Source: Marsupella aquatica
Lineage: Eukaryota; Plantae; Marchantiophyta
Direction of reading: 5' to 3'
Assembly (NCBI GenBank): GCA_973895155.1
Contig: OZ316898.1
Location: forward strand, 10,997,187 to 11,061,186
Length of the DNA stretch: 64,000 nucleotides
Part shown: piece after piece, positions 61,765 to 64,000 of the stretch
How the letters are laid out: each line of letters opens with the position of its first letter
Position numbering within the stretch: position 1 is the first letter of the stretch
Program-made: the position numbers and the translations under genes
The notes under the pieces: generated by a model
The model's database searches: none
Told to the model about the DNA's origin: nothing
Seen by the model: only the letters and a program-made list of their open reading frames with translations

Positions 61765-63874
61765 TCATATTCTTTCATAAGCACCCCGAATTCGTCTCGC
61801 AAGCTGCAAGTCTTTGGGCACTGCAGTAGATTACCACTTAATGCGTCACACTTTGCTCTTGAATGAAGGGAAAAAAACTGAAGGAAAAGGAAATAGTGCG
61901 TTTAAAATTGTAGCTACTTACTGATGGTTACTCGCTTTGCATGAATAGCACACAGATTTGTATCTTCGAACAAATGTACTAGAAAATCCTCAGTGGCCTG
62001 AAAGCACCCCACGAAATAGATAAGTTTCGCATTCCCTGGGTATGCACAAAAACGACAGCTCATGGATTCCAATGCAAGACAAACAAGGATCAAAGGAGAA
62101 ACCCTATCCATTGGACTCCCACTTACTGGACAATTACATCCATTTTCACAGATAGTTATCCTTTACCTCTTGGAGTGCTATGAGTGCTTCAGCTGTCCAA
62201 CGGCTAACTTCGGATGAAAAACTGCTAGCAATCTCCCTCACCTGTGCCACAATTTCAAGAGGTGGCAGGAAGTAAGGGAAACGTTGGAAATTCACATGAT
62301 CAGTCAGAATTAGGGGTCTTAAAAACAAGGATCTCCAATCCCAATGTTGGCCCAAGTGAATGCAAGTCCACTCCGCTTAGATCACATGTTCTTTAGGGTA
62401 GGCACTGACTTCAGATTTCAAATTAGGCAAGCAATACTTGGTTCCATGGTCACGTACTCGACAAAATTGTCACTCTCGTTCAAAGAGCTGTGAACGGTAA
62501 GAAAGAAAATGCAACAATATGCAACAAAATCCCCTCGTAGGATGACAGGGCCTGTTGGCGGAAGACATCAAAGGCAATGCAAGGGATGCAGAGAATTATA
62601 AGTTGAGAAATAGGAAAGGTCCCTGCAATGCAAACTGTAAGAAATGAGAATTGAGAATTGAGAATTGAGATTGAAGGTGACTCTATCCTGAAGTGCCATC
62701 ACGTGGTGCACTCTTTCTTGCACAGTGGTGAAAGTTATTCTAGCGAGAGATATTTGGAGAACAGGGCACATGACTTACGAATTCAATACGGGCGTAACCC
62801 CGCATGGGGATCGGCTCCTGCTCAAATAGGGGCAGTGGACCACGAAACAAACTGCATAGACAAGCGCCCATTATGGTGAATGGAAGACCGGGAGACATCC
62901 CCTTCGGAGATGGGGGAGCCTTCACGGATAGGAAAAATCCCCATCTGTAAATGGAGTGGACAAGTGCACTGACAGAGCACAACGAGAACTCACCACGCGG
63001 GCAAAGGGAAGAGGTCGGAGAAGAAGCTCGAAAGTTTTCTGGTAATGACGAATCTCGCGGAGAGCTACCGTGCCTGGCTTAAACCTATGCCGTCTCGGTG
63101 CTCGTTGTTGTTGAGTTGACGTCCCCGCTGCAGTCATTGTTCCTCTAACACTGGTCAGCTGCGAAGTAAAAAGACGTGAAGATGCAGAAAGAAATAATCG
63201 CAATACAGAAATCCCCCTCAGGGCAATCCAGCAAACAAACAAGACATCCATTGCCACTCTCCCCAGCAGACATCGCGCTAGACAGCCACAAGCAGCAGCA
63301 AGACCATCCACAATGCATTGTCGCTTTCTTTCCCTGAGAAATCATAAGCACAGACTACAGACGTATCTCAAGAAATCTGTCCAACTCCGCAGAAGCACGA
63401 CGGCAAAAGGAGCAACCACATTGAGAATATCCATCGACCTGATTAAAATCACTCATTCCTCTCATGAATCATCTTCCTCTGATTCTGATTCTTCTTCTTT
63501 GGGTTTATCTTTACTTTCGTTGAAATCCTCTCTTGAATGTTGTGACAAAACCAGACCAGCAACGGGAACGAGGGGGTGGCATTGCACGATATTCGACCAC
63601 AACGACTACGGTCGAACCAAGACAAGACCATCGACCATAGGAAAGAGCGGAAAGAGCGGAGCTGTCTCAAAACAATTTGAACAAAAACAAGAATTACAAG
63701 ATGATAAACCGAATACTCCAAAATATGATGCTGCGCACCTCCACCGGCGCCTCCTCGTCCTCCTCGCCCTTTGCCTCGACCTCCTTCTCCTCCTCCTCCC
63801 GCTGAAGTCGAAGCCCCCTGCGCATTGCCTCCTCGACCTCCTCCCCTGTTGGGAGTGACCTTCCGCCTCGCCAT
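61765..63874 (-). CDS. CENH3: Centromeric histone H3 variant, ~158 aa; exons 63874-63739, 63127-62994 (acceptor uncertain), 62241-62167, 61997-61922, 61820-61765
   Basis: Divergent Gly-rich tail MARRKVTP; [19 protein letters not shown]; [31 protein letters not shown] (CENH3-type: no canonical H3 Q68, W in place of F84); [22 protein letters not shown]. Confidence 0.93.
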
Positions 63875-64000
63875 AACAAACGACGAAGCAACCGACGAGT
63901 GCACCACAAAAGCCTAAAATAAAACTCCGGCTGTTGTAATAATTTACCGCTGCTGCTGCTGCTTCCAACAACGACGCAACCACTGTGCTTCTCATAATAA

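Noticed and set aside
24545-63874. MMS21, RNR2 and CENH3 as a cell-cycle gene cluster
   Set aside because: They are spread over 39 kb among unrelated genes and TEs; there is no evidence beyond chance.
63313-63995. Overlapping 129-181-aa ORFs around CENH3 exon 1
   Set aside because: Antisense or alternative frames of GC-rich low-complexity sequence.

Overview
Eukaryotic nuclear DNA from a non-flowering land plant, most likely a bryophyte such as a liverwort. This is inferred from the GT-AG introns, long 5' UTRs and a plastid-targeted peptidoglycan ligase MurF. Nine apparently intact genes were reconstructed by hand: a UPF0426 chloroplast protein (+), an intronless TBL/PC-esterase O-acetyltransferase (-), an intronless ALG10 glucosyltransferase (+), the MMS21/NSE2 SUMO ligase (+), plastid MurF (+), the ribonucleotide reductase small subunit (+), an uncharacterised plastid-like membrane protein (-), an alpha-amylase with long N- and C-terminal extensions (-) and centromeric histone CENH3 (-). 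Intergenic DNA holds the end of a CACTA element, LINE fragments (two with TSDs), two solo Copia-type LTRs of one family, a MITE, a long hairpin, a decayed probable Roc-COR gene, a 5.8-kb block framed by inverted repeats, and many short tandem duplications. I see no convincing novel multi-gene system. The best leads are the family-1-like alpha-amylase with a non-secretory N-terminus, the orphan plastid membrane protein, the in-frame coding fragment copied upstream of ALG10, ambiguous CENH3 intron-1 splicing, and the inverted-repeat-bounded block. All family assignments come from recalled motifs; no searches were run.
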